Assembly: GCA_002189035.1 (NCBI GenBank) | Contig: NEEC01000002.1 | Coordinates: 930,001-994,000 of the forward strand | DNA: 64,000 nt | Direction of reading: 5' to 3' | From: Utricularia gibba | Lineage: Eukaryota > Plantae > Magnoliophyta | Shown: positions 52,801 through 64,000 of the stretch, piece after piece | Layout of the letters: every line of letters starts with the position of its first letter | Position numbering within the stretch: the first letter of the stretch is position 1 | Position numbers and translations under genes: made by a program | Notes under the pieces: model-generated | What the model was told of the DNA's origin: nothing | The model's database searches: none | Seen by the model: the letters and a program-made list of their open reading frames with translations, nothing else

Positions 52801-55800
52801 AAACAAGATTCCATTATCGGAGCTCTAGATCTCACAAAAACAGAATAAAAACAACTAAACCAATTTTATCCAGAACCATAATATAAGTTGAAAGACAGCT
52901 TCAACAGCAAGAAATACAAGGAATCCTAGATTCAAATCCATGAGAATTATATGGAGAAATTAAGTGAATTAGTAAACCAGTAAGCACTTGCATCATCGTC
53001 AGAGGGGATTTCACTCGTGCATCCTGGTAATGTACTTCTAGAAGAAACAAGTATCAGTTTTGTTAATGTTTGAATCCTGTTCATTAAAGAAGCCTTGGCT
53101 TCTTCTTCCTCCTGCAGCCTTGTCTTCATTTTAACTTGCCCTTCTTCCAACTACAAAGCAACCAGATTGAAATACCAACTCTGAAAATTGCACAGAACTT
53201 TTGACTTGTATACCAGCGTAGAAGCAAGAAAGGAGTAGCACCTTCTGTCTCAATAGCATAATTTCTTCATGGTTTGCACCACCTGATATTCTCCTTCTGA
53301 GTTGATCAAGTTCCGCCCTAAGAAATGATATTTCTCTTTGATACTTTTTTATCAAAGATCTCTCATCAAGTATCTAGAAAGAAATCAAATTAGTACTTTG
53401 GTTTTTCTATTTGAGAGTTTTAGGATGCGTAATTCAAAACTCACTTTATTGCATGAAGCATAAACTTCTACACGTTTTGCCCTGCTGGCAAATTTTAAGG
53501 TATTATGGGTTTCCTCCATATTGCTTGATGCTGGAGTGATTGTGCATATGAGCTGAGAAAACCAAAACTCATTGTGGGAATTACACCTGCACATCTCTAG
53601 AATAACCACTGAAAAGATAAATATCATACTAACCGACACATGGCCATTCCCGCTCAATGAAGTTTGAAGCAGGCGAGTAAGTTTTGAGTCCCGGAATGGA
53701 ACATGGGATGTCTTCCTTTCGCTAAGTTTTCCGATCACCTAACAATTAGAGAATAAAATTTCATGACATCAGAAAGCCATCAAAAAAAGGAAAAAGTAAA
53801 TTGACATGAGTTAATTGCAAAAATCATGTTTGACAGCTCACAGTGCCAAGTGTTAGCAGGCTTTTATTGATGTATGATCCTTCCTTCTTTCTCAACCCAG
53901 TTGTCTCAGTCTTAGAGCTTTCAGATCCCGCTAAATCAATTAAATTCTACATAAACGAAGTGCAAGGTCAATACCATTCTTTATGCATATAAAAGATGAT
54001 ACAAAGTGTTCCAGCTGACAAGCTAGCAGATAATACCAGCTGTGAGAATGTCACTCCATCGTAATCATCTCCACGTGCACTACTCTCAATCATCTACCTC
54101 CAATATTATGATTCAACAGACATTAGAAGAGAAAAATAAATCATTCATGCATGAGCAGATGACTAACCCAAATAACTATGTTTGCACTGTTAAGAAACTT
54201 AAATCACGAATGAACATTTACGAAAATAAAAATAACTTGGATGAGAGAAACAAGAAATTCATAACATTATGAAGCATGACCATAAGATAAACACGTTACC
54301 AATGTGAATATTGTATGACTACGACTAGAGAACAGGTTGAGATTATTTGATCCAACATGCCGATGTCCTGTGATGATAACAATGAGAGTCAAATGTTCTT
54401 ATATAGTATTTCGGATCGCAAACCTAGCTTGTTGGCATGAACATAAAATATTCCATTGCAACCATAGCCACTTTAGTAAGAGATAAATTTATGTAAGTTC
54501 TCAAGAACGTGAAATACATAGAGTTTTACCTTCTCCAGCAGCAATAAATGATAGTGCATGTCCAGGAGACAAAACAACTTCTTCCTTTATCCCCTCAACA
54601 TAGGTTCCCTGCAAATACTTCAGAATACTGAATCAGAAAGAGCCAAAGATCTCAGCAAAACAATGAGCTAGTATGGACCTGTGCATCTTCTCTAATGCGC
54701 AAATTCTGGCCAGTTGGGTCCAGCAAGTCGTTGATGACCTAATAACAATACGAAAAAAGAAGGCAAAACACAAACATGAGAATGGTAACCATACCTGAAT
54801 AGAATGACATCTACATCAAGCAAAACAGCAGAGAGGTGACTCGTTAAGAGTATATCAGTAGGAAATAATGTGAGGCATAACGGGAAAGCAACATAAAGAA
54901 AAATTTGAAAAAAACATGTCCACAGCATCTCAAATTTCTTACTGCCAACCTCATTATAAATTTCAAGGTATGAAACTCGCAGTAGAAATTCACGACCTGG
55001 AGTCTGAGAATAAAAATAGGATAAGTTACTCACACACCATTCAATATTTGCAACACGACATATTCAAACAACCAGATGAGAAAAAAGTGAAGAAGGATAA
55101 TATATAGTATATCACAAATGACAAGAAAATATTACGTCTTGAATGATGCTAAAGATATCCTTTATGGCAAGTGGTATGATTCCTGGAGAATGTTGATCTC
55201 CCTAAATTACATGACAAGGCACCATATAAGAACTCAAGATATTTTTCTAATTAATAGCATCTAGAAAAATTCTGTAGGCATAACAAATGATATATCTTCC
55301 AAAATCCTAGAAATGCAAAATAATGAGCTTACATGCATTGTATGTGTTTTTCCACTACTAGTAACACCATAAGCAAAAACAGTTCCTGGAGATCAACTTG
55401 CCAAACATTAGTCCCAACCGGCTATTACATCTTTAAAACAGCAAATAATCAACTGTACAAGAGTTTCAACCACATGGATAAAGTTAAAAAATCCAATACC
55501 ATACTGGACATGGATTATGAGCAGCATTCATCAATACCATTTATGCCTTCCATTGCTGCTTTAACCACAGATTTAGCAGCTACTTCATAGACTTCATTCG
55601 TGGTTGCGTTTGGACCAAAAACCTTATCTGTAATTCGAAAGAGGAAAGAAGCTCAAAGTAAAACAATCTTTTAGAAAACATCTTGTGATTCAAATTTTGA
55701 GGATATCGCATACAGGAAAATTCAATTTGCTAAATACTCAGCAATTAGCTTACCAAATGCATAAGCAGTTACAGGATTAAATTCATTACGAACATTTTTA

Positions 55801-56267
55801 TCCCCGTCAGCATACCAAGAAATCTCATCTCCTCTCTGATACTCAAATTCACTTCCAAAAAATAAGAAAATCAGAATGAAAGTGTGAAAAAGTTTCCTGT
55901 CGTTTTCGCCACTCTATAGTAAATCATCTATCCTTGAAATGAAAGTTCACCTCATTGGTCGAAATCTAATCGTGGCGCAAATGCTGTCCGCCGATCTCGA
56001 ATCGCCCTCCAAGCCCACAATCATCCGTTCATCCATCGGTGGGTAGCTCACCGGCGTCCTGCTCCGTGAATGATAACCTTTATTTCCACTCGAAGTCATG
56101 GATCTGGAGTCGTAACCTCCGCCACCGTAAAATGACAACCTCGCCGACCGCGCATTTAGCCCGCCAGTCATCAATGATGACGAAGACGACGTAGAGGAAT
56201 ACGGACTGGAAGGTATCCGTAGACCAAACGGCGAACTACTTGTTCCTTGGGAAGAAGACGCCGCCAT
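49855..56267 (-). CDS. Kinesin-7 (CENP-E-like, KIN-7D/MKRP2 type) with C-terminal RING finger, many exons
   Basis: Ser-rich N-terminus MAASSSQG...[74 protein letters not shown]-like coil, and C-terminal [10 protein letters not shown]...PCRHFC|[17 protein letters not shown]. Internal exon limits were not all resolved. Confidence 0.9.
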
Positions 56268-57690
56268 CACATTCCAATTTCACCACCGCGCAAAAACCTT
56301 GCTTCCCACGTCTCCGAAACCCATAACGATGATAAATCCAAAAAAAGGAGACGCAAGAAAGCAAGAACGTCAGAAATCACGTGTGCCGGTGCAATAAAGA
56401 AGACGTCGATGCTGCATTGTCCTCGAACAAACGCCTTTTGCCGCGACAAGCTTCACTTCCGCGGTGGCTTATTTAGCACACAGACACACATACACGTGCG
56501 TGTGCGCATGAGACTGGTGGAGACGACGTACGTATTCGCATCTGGTTGTTTGATAGCGAGGAGGCTCGGAATTAAATGAACTCGCTGAAGTTTCAAAGCT
56601 GGGCCACCGGCGATGGCTTATTGGATGCTGCCAGAGCAGTTTTGGTGGCGCCAGGGAGATGTACCTCCGGTGATGCAGGCCGTGCAGTATCCGGATTGGC
56701 TGCCCACAGACACCAGGACCATCACTTGTCATGGCCCATGCCGCATTTCTTCTGCTGATGAAGTAAGACAAAAGTAGAAGGGAACAGTGTTAAGATCAGA
56801 AGGCCATTTTTTCAACCCCATCCCTGTCAAAGTCACATTGGCATAAATGGCGTGTCAAACCCAACCCATCTTTACACAGTTAACCAAGGTGCAACATAAC
56901 CGTGGTTAACTTTCTAACCACGGTTCACGTGCTTTTGATGGGCTTCATTCTCCAAGTCACCCTTCATAGGCCCATCAAGTGTTTTGGCCCATGAGGCTTG
57001 GGTTCTTCTACGTCTCTTTCATGAGCCCAAGTGAATTTTCCAATCGGTACCAAAATATTTGGATTCAAATAATTTACATAAAACTAAGTTACTTGAAACA
57101 ACAAAAATATATTTCATAAAAAAATTTTTAATTACAATCTATATGTAACATTATCAAAATTTTAATATTTAATTATCAACATTTTCATAATTCAAAATTT
57201 CAAAATAATATTATAGCTTCAAAATTTGAGGAATTTTTTATGATAAATTAAATATAAACAATGAATTGGTTGATAAAAAAAGAGAAAAAAATTTGATAGT
57301 TGACTGAATAGTATTATCTTTTGACAAAAAAAATTAACTAAAATTACCTAAAATGTGGATTTATGTTTTTATTATAAATTATTCCAATGGATTCATCAAT
57401 AGTGATTAATATTAATTATCACCAAATTAAAAGATTAATGTATGTTTTTTGATATAAAATAATCCTATTTCCCAGATAAATTAAACAAAAAATTAATTTA
57501 AGCAATTTAGTCATATTTATTTATATATTTCCATGACGTGTACAACAGAGACCACAATTTAAATTAAAAAATAAAATATGAATTTTGTCAAATGAAATAA
57601 GAATATCGACAAGTAAATGTGTATGCTTGTCTTCTTAAGGGAGTCCAACCAGTGGGTCATTTTCACCAGGGCTCAGCTTTCAGACACACC

Positions 57691-58902
57691 ATGGCATTGA
57701 CACCAAGAAGCCGCTTGAACCCCGGAGCACCGGAGTTCAGCCCATCATCCTCCACCTTGATCCTCCCGCTTCCGCCGGGCACTACCTTCGACGTGCACTA
57801 CATCCTTCCGCCGTCTTCTGCACCGTTTCTCTATTCAAACCACGCTTTTTACCAACTTTCTCCGGCACCGACCTATTACCATCTCCCTGCGTTCCCACCG
57901 CCGCTTCCTGCGTCCGAGGAAATCCACCGGCGAGCAGCCGGATACAACTGGACGGCAAAGAAACCGTCTCGCGGAAGCAGATTGAATGGAAAAGCAACAA
58001 AAAATCACCTAGGGTTTCTCAGACAAGATGAAAACATGCAAAAAGTGATTATCCGTCATGAGATCGTGCCTCTTGCTCGAGAAGACAAGCAAACAACAGT
58101 CATGATCAAGAATATACCTTACGATTGCGCGTATTCCCAGCTCTTCTCTTCTTCCTTTTCGTAAATCTCTCTTAAACTTTTGTTGATTTGTTTCTTTTTG
58201 TCTGGGTTTTCTGTAGACGCAAAGAGCTGATTTCCATGCTCGATTCCTTCTGTTTTACACAAAACAGCAAAGAATCAGATCTGGGTATTGTTTGTGGCTA
58301 TGACTTTGTCTACTTGCCAATGGATTTCAGGTATACCTTTTAAACTTTTTGAAATTTGAACTTTTTGTTCTTGTCTGAATGCATCATGATCTCCAGAACT
58401 CGAAAGAGTAGAGGATTCGCTTTCGTCAACTTCACAAATGCCTTATCGGTTTGGAGGTTTTACGAGGCTTTTCATTTGAAGGAATGGAGCTTTCTCCCCG
58501 GCCGAGACAAATGGTGCAAGAAGATCGAAATTGTCTCCGCGAAAGTCCAGGTTACACTTCTATTACACCAACTTGTTTTCCATTTCTCGGAAAGAACATG
58601 CCGGAATTGTCCGAAGCTGACATGACAGAGAAAGGATGTTGCATTCGTACTGCGCATCGGTTCTTGCATCCATCTACCTTTTTACCAGCTACCCTACCCA
58701 TGCGTGCTTGTAGGGGAAGGAGGCATTGGTGAAGCATTTTTCAGAATCCATATTCCACTGCGAAAACCCCGAATTTCTCCCGGTGTGCTTCACTCCAGCA
58801 AGGGACGGGACGGGGGAGGAGACGACGGTGACGGTGGTGGGACACCGGCGAAGAGGTGGGTTTCCAGGAACACGCCGTACTAATCGAAAGGCCTCGGGAT
58901 AA
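57691..58902 (+). CDS. MEI2-like protein with C-terminal RRM only (MCT/TEL-related), 4 exons
   Basis: LNPGAPEF N-terminus, TTVMIKNIP, YDFVYLPMDF, SRGFAFVNFT, KKIEIVSAKVQ|GKEALVKHF and FLPVCFTPARDG, which are RRM3 motifs of the MEI2 family. RRM1 and RRM2 are absent. Confidence 0.85.
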
Positions 58903-59809
58903 TGAACCTACTCCTCCTAGGTGCCTTGAAAGGAACTCACTGGGGCTGCGCAGCGCAGTATCCCTCTGATATGCCCACCACCATGCGACACTGAAACTGT
59001 CTCCCCTGCGCATCATCATGCTCCATGCTCACTTTTTCTGCTTCTATGTCAAATATGGGATGTAGTTTGTTTGTATGGGTATGCACCCGCATGTCTAGTA
59101 TGGTATTTCTGAGTTGTGCCTTGTGCGTGGCAGGCACAACTCCTATGTACCAGCTATGAATCATGCATCCTTGTGTGGGTTGTCTGTAATGAAGTCATTT
59201 GGGAGATGCAATGTAATAATCAAGAGTTTGTCTGTCTGTCTGCCTGTCCGTATGCCTCACAAATGATGGGCTCTCGTCTTGCGATTGGGTTGGGGGCTGT
59301 GTGATGGGAGATAATGATGACTAGCAGCCGGCGGGAGGGGCGGTTCTTTCTTGCCGTAATTGTCCCTATCCACTTTTTACTGCTCATGTACCATTGATTT
59401 CACTGTTTTCCATGGCAGCTTAAATCAGGGCGGCATCCAATCCATCATCCCTGCTTTTATTTCTTACAGGGACCGAACCGGACCGGACCATTCCCGCTTC
59501 TTTTTTTATTAATTATGTTCATCCAATTACAATTAAACATTAAAAAACACCTAATTAGTCCAATTGAAGTCTAAGATTATTTTTGCATTCCGAGGGGAAA
59601 AGGGGATTTAAAGCAAAATTAATTAGGGCGCTTGCTGGGTCATTAGCCTCTAATCCCCAAATAAATATGGGTTACTGATATTTATGGTGCCGTCTGTTAA
59701 TTAATAAACAGCGGTAATTATTTACTTACGGTATTTTTATCGTGAAGAAAAATGATGATTGAGGCTTTAGTAATGTTTAGATTGTAGAGATAAACATAGA
59801 TAACACCAA

Positions 59810-59882
59810 TCCGTTGTAGTCTAGGTGGTTAGGATACTCGGCTCTCACCCGAGAGACCCGGGTTCAAGTCCCGGCAACGGAA
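59810..59882 (+). tRNA. tRNA-Glu(CUC)
   Basis: TCCGTTG...CAACGGA acceptor stem, anticodon arm CTCGG-CTCTCAC-CCGAG, T arm GGTTCAAGTCC, and a T7 terminator immediately downstream. Confidence 0.95.
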
Positions 59883-60082
59883 TTTTTTTACAATTCCTTT
59901 TTGGTATAATGCATCTATTTTCATTCCGAGATTTTTGAATCCGCCATGCATGATGCATTGATGACACCTGTCCCCTGTCACCCTAAATTTCCGCAACAAA
60001 AACGACATCTGCCCACCCACCACCACCCATAAATTTGCTTTCCGCCCCGGACGCCATTTCACCTTTGAAGGAGGCGAAGAAA

Positions 60083-60364
60083 ATGGGGTCCTGTTTCTTA
60101 AGAACCGCCGTCATACTCGTGCTGATTGCTCTTAGTCGGGTTGCATGCATCACCGCCGTGAACTGCAACGCTCTGGAGTTGGCCTCGTGCTCCCCGGCGA
60201 TCACATCCTCGTCGCCACCAACCGACGAATGCTGCGCTAAATTGAGGGAGCAGAAGCCCTGCCTCTGCACCTACATCAAGGATCCCGCCCTTGGGCGAAT
60301 GGTCAACACCCCCGGTGCCAAAAGGGTGTCCGAAACATGCGGCGTTCCTTTTCCCCAATGTTAG
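60083..60364 (+). CDS. Non-specific lipid transfer protein type 2 (nsLTP2), intronless
   Basis: Signal peptide followed by the eight-cysteine motif C..LASC...CC..LREQKPCLC.YIKDP...CGVPFPQC*. Confidence 0.92.
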   Translation: MGSCFLRTAVILVLIALSRVACITAVNCNALELASCSPAITSSSPPTDECCAKLREQKPCLCTYIKDPALGRMVNTPGAKRVSETCGVPFPQC

Positions 60365-60379
60365 TTGCTGGTTTCTATT

Positions 60380-60455
60380 CTCCTCTCCTCTCCTCTCCTC
60401 TCCTTTCGTCTCTTGTCTGCTCTCCTCTCCTTTCGTCTCTTGTCTGCTCTCCCTC
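60380..60455. repeat. (CTCCT)n microsatellite plus a roughly 27-bp direct tandem duplication in the nsLTP 3' flank
   Basis: CTCTCCTCTCCTTTCGTCTCTTGTCTG occurs twice in tandem after a CTCCT run. Confidence 0.8.
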
Positions 60456-61833
60456 CAATAAAAGGCCTTCCTTTCGTTCCCTAAGTGAATCGAAGAGGGG
60501 CTCCTCTATAATAACCTAAAGTCTTGATCATTTACTAATTATACTAAGATTCGATTGGTCACTTTTCTCACACATTAGTGAGTAATGAGGGTGCCCACAT
60601 TTCTCATTTTATTTGTCAAACTTAAACAACTCCCCTCTTGCAAAGGGGGATCAGACATGTTTCTTGCCAACAGAACCCTAATCCCACCTAGGAATTTGAA
60701 CATAAAATAAAAGAATACAAACATGATGGGTAGGTAAAGTGGGCCCCAAAGACAAATGGGGTCCGTTTATCCCGACGTGGGGGCCCAGTCACAGGGAACT
60801 GTAGAGAGGTTGCTCCGAAAAACGTGAGTGGTTCGAAATGGAATGTAAATTAAAGCAGGATTAGGCATGCAGGCAGCCAGCTGTTGTAACTTTTTTGTCG
60901 GTGTACAGTTCCCCAGCCCACGAGCCATTGTTTGCGAACTCCGAGAACAGGGCCCATGGGGGGATTCACAGGATTGATGTGGTCTTCGGCCCACCTTGTC
61001 CACCACTTGAGTATTCTTTTTTTTATTAATAAATAATTAATACTTTATTCGTATTTTTTATTAATATTTTCAATTTATTCTAAAAATATCTCATAATATT
61101 TGTAATATGTATTCACACTTATATCTGTTTGATTTATGATTTTATATTCAGGAGAGTTTAAATTGTTAAGAATTAGATGATATATTATTTACCTTTTAAG
61201 ATAAAAATTGTGTTTGGGAGATGAATTTTGTTTATTAAAATACAGTATGTCTGATTGATACATAAAATAAGTTAAATTATCTAATGAATAAAAAATTATA
61301 AAATCATTAATAATCAGTTGAGTTTAATATTATTTATGTATATTATATATTTCATAATAGGTATGATATTCCTTTTTCAAGGAAGAGTATGTTGGATGAG
61401 AATAAATATATATATAATTAACATCAATTTCTTGAATGAATAATTAATAAAAATGAGAAAATAGGAAAGAGATGAGGAGAACGACGTGGAATCATGCCTG
61501 TTTTTTTTGTTTGATTTTAGGAGGAGAAGGGGAGCAGGTGTGGGGGAGTTTTCTGCCAGAGTGGAGACGATGGAAAATGCGGTGCCTGGTCCTGAATTTT
61601 ATTTATTTTGTGTGCGCCAAATATCCGCGAATACGACGAAACGCAACGTTCAGATTCCTGGGGTTGTGAAAATTTATGCATAACAAACAATTTCTGTTCA
61701 CCATTGTGATTCCAATGGATTACAGTGGTTTAGCAGCCGTTAATGGCGCTCTAAGGAGTCCTTTCTGCGTTTTATGGGCAGTTTATAGCTACTGTTGTTT
61801 TGCCAGCTTGTCACTCTCACACGAGGTGCGACA

Positions 61834-64000
61834 ATGGCGGCACCCCACAACGCAAAGCCTGCTGCTTACACCACCCTGGTGCTCTTACTCCTCCTCCGCC
61901 ATGTTGCTGCCGCCGGACTGGGGCACCCGGATGCGGAGGCGCTTTTTCAATTCAAGACTGCAGTCGACCCGGATGGCGGTGTGCTGACTTCGTGGAACCC
62001 GTATTTTGAACCATGCAATGCGGCGAAACCGTGGCTCGGTGTTTCCTGTCTTCGCAACAGAGTCGCCTATTTGGTGCTGGAGAACTTGAATCTTCGCGGC
62101 GCTTTGCCAATTTCGCTGGCCTCGTTGAGAGAACTTCGAGTTATCAGTCTCAAGAACAATGGGTTTTCGGGTCGGATTCCAGATCTATCTCCTCTCACAA
62201 ATCTCAAACTTTTCTTCATCTCCCACAACCAGTTTTCAGGTGACTTCCCAGCCTCGCTCACCTCGCTCACCAAGATGTACCGTCTTGATCTGTCGTACAA
62301 CAACTTCTCCGGCAACATTCCAATGAGCGTGAACGCATTGCTGCATTTGCTGACATTCAGGCTCGAAGGAAATCAGTTCACGGGTTCTATTTCTTTTCTG
62401 AGTTTGCCCAATTTGCAGGATTTCAATGTCTCTGGAAATGGGTTTACGGGGAGATACCCGCCTCGCTTTCGGGTTTTCCGGTATCAACGTTTTGGAATAA
62501 CCCCAATCTTTGTGGGCCGCCGCTGGCGGCGCAGTGTGCGGTGCTTTCTTCAAGTCCGACGAATCCCGGTCGCGCAATGGCGTCCCCATTGAACCTGACT
62601 TCAACCGTAACGTCTTCTCCGATCACAATGCCAGGGGTGATCGGTGGGCCGGCGAAACCCCTAGATATCCACCGGGGTAAAATCAGTTCATTAGCTCTCA
62701 TTTTCATAATAATTGGGGATGTTATCATTCTGGGCATGGTTTCTACGCTTCTATATTGGTATTTCTGGAGCAACTATTCTAGCAAGGTAATATCTGGGAA
62801 GAATGGAAGTTCCCATGTGGAGAAGATTGTGTATTCGTCGAATCCGTACTCGTACCCCACGCAATCTGCATCCGATCAAAGAGGCAAGATCGTATTCTTC
62901 GATGGCGAACGGCGGTTTGAATTGGAGGATCTGTTAAGAGCCTCCGCTGAAATGCTCGGAAAAGGCGGATTTGGGACTACGTATAAGGCGATGTTGGAGG
63001 GTGGGGTTGTGGTGGCGGTCAAGAGATTGAAGGATCTGAATGGGATTTCGAAGAAAGAATTTGAGCAGCAAATGGAGATCTTGGGAAGATTAAGACACCC
63101 CAATTTGATCACCTTAAAAGCATACTACTTTGCAGGAGATGAGAAGCTCTTAGTTCTTGATCATATGGCTTGTGGCAGCCTGTTTTGGCTGCTTCATGGT
63201 ACTTCAATTCTTGCTACTTTTCATGTTAATTTCTTCTTAGTTCAAGCCAACAACGCACATCCTTCTGCTAGTGGATGCTTCTTTTTCATATCCTTTCTGC
63301 AGTTAGTTCTTGTTTATGCAGAGATAGTGGATGCTTCTTTTTGACTGCTTCACGGAACACCATCCTGTGTTTACTGCTTTTTCATTTTCAGTTTCTTGTT
63401 ATTGTGAAGTGCAGCTTTAATCTCCCGACTTTCGGTTGTCTTTGGAAGTGCCTGAAATTGTGGGAATATTGACAGGAAACAGAGGACCTGGCAGAACTCC
63501 ACTGGATTGGACTTCAAGGTTCAAGATCGCAGCAGGAGCAGCTCGTGGACTGGCATTCATCCACAGTTCCTGCAAATCCCTTCGTCTCATCCATGGCAAC
63601 ATCAAATCAACCAACATACTCATCGACGACGATGGAAACCCGAAGATATCCGATTTCGGCTTGTTGGCATTCGCATCACCGAAGTCCAACGGCTACCGAG
63701 CACCCGAAGCATATGTCGACACCAGAAAACTAACCCAAAAGTCCGATGTTTACTCCTTCGGGGTCCTTTTACTGGAACTGCTGACCGGAAAATGCCCCCT
63801 TTCCATGGACAACAGCAGCAATGAGACAGGGACCCTCGACTTGCCGCGGTGGGTGCAGTCCGTGGTGAGGGAGGAGTGGACTGCGGAGGTGTTCGATTTG
63901 GAGCTGATGAGGTACCGTGACGTGGAGGAAGAGATGGTGGGGATGCTGCAAATAGCCATGTCCTGCACTCAGAACTCGCCGGAGGAGAGGCCAAAAATGA
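61834..64000 (+). CDS. LRR-III receptor-like kinase (At1g68400/PXC1-like); 1-nt frameshift at about 62450; runs off the window end
   Basis: Signal peptide, LRRNT ([11 protein letters not shown]), about 5 LRRs and a TM helix. The kinase has [30 protein letters not shown]|[25 protein letters not shown] and [16 protein letters not shown]. Intron at about 63199-63475. Confidence 0.9.

Noticed and set aside
27423-56267. Two kinesin-7 genes in one window as a possible tandem duplication
   Set aside because: They belong to different subgroups (NACK versus RING-tailed), lie on opposite strands and are separated by six other protein-coding genes.
63592-63600. HGN replacing HRD in the RLK catalytic loop
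   Set aside because: This is a normal feature of LRR-III atypical kinases and not novel.

Overview
Gene-dense nuclear DNA from a flowering plant, probably a eudicot. Introns are mostly 65-130 nt and spacers are very AT-rich; the species cannot be determined from the sequence. I can support about 18 spliced or single-exon protein-coding loci, in order: NPF/PTR transporter (3' end), DIVARICATA-like MYB, O-fucosyltransferase, SOUL haem-binding protein, SIS-like serine-rich protein, mitochondrial carrier, LHW/EMB1444-like bHLH, an interrupted SUPERMAN-type C2H2 zinc finger, kinesin-7 NACK2/TETRASPORE, RING-H2 ligase, SBP-box SPL, STY/Raf-like kinase, GH35 beta-galactosidase, IQD, kinesin-7 with C-terminal RING, MEI2 C-terminal-RRM protein, type-2 nsLTP and an LRR-III receptor kinase (truncated by the window). 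There are also tRNA-Ala(UGC) and tRNA-Glu(CUC). Items the ORF track misses: a conserved-peptide uORF in front of the LHW-like bHLH, a variant miR156 site in the SPL, two GC-AG introns, four places where one base appears to be missing (likely assembly indels), an H/ACA-snoRNA-like fold in an ORF-less unit, and two decayed foldback/MITE-like elements. I found no CRISPR, rRNA or intact transposon. Family calls and Arabidopsis comparisons come from remembered motifs, not database searches. I did not find a clearly new biological system; the candidates are ranked in the findings.
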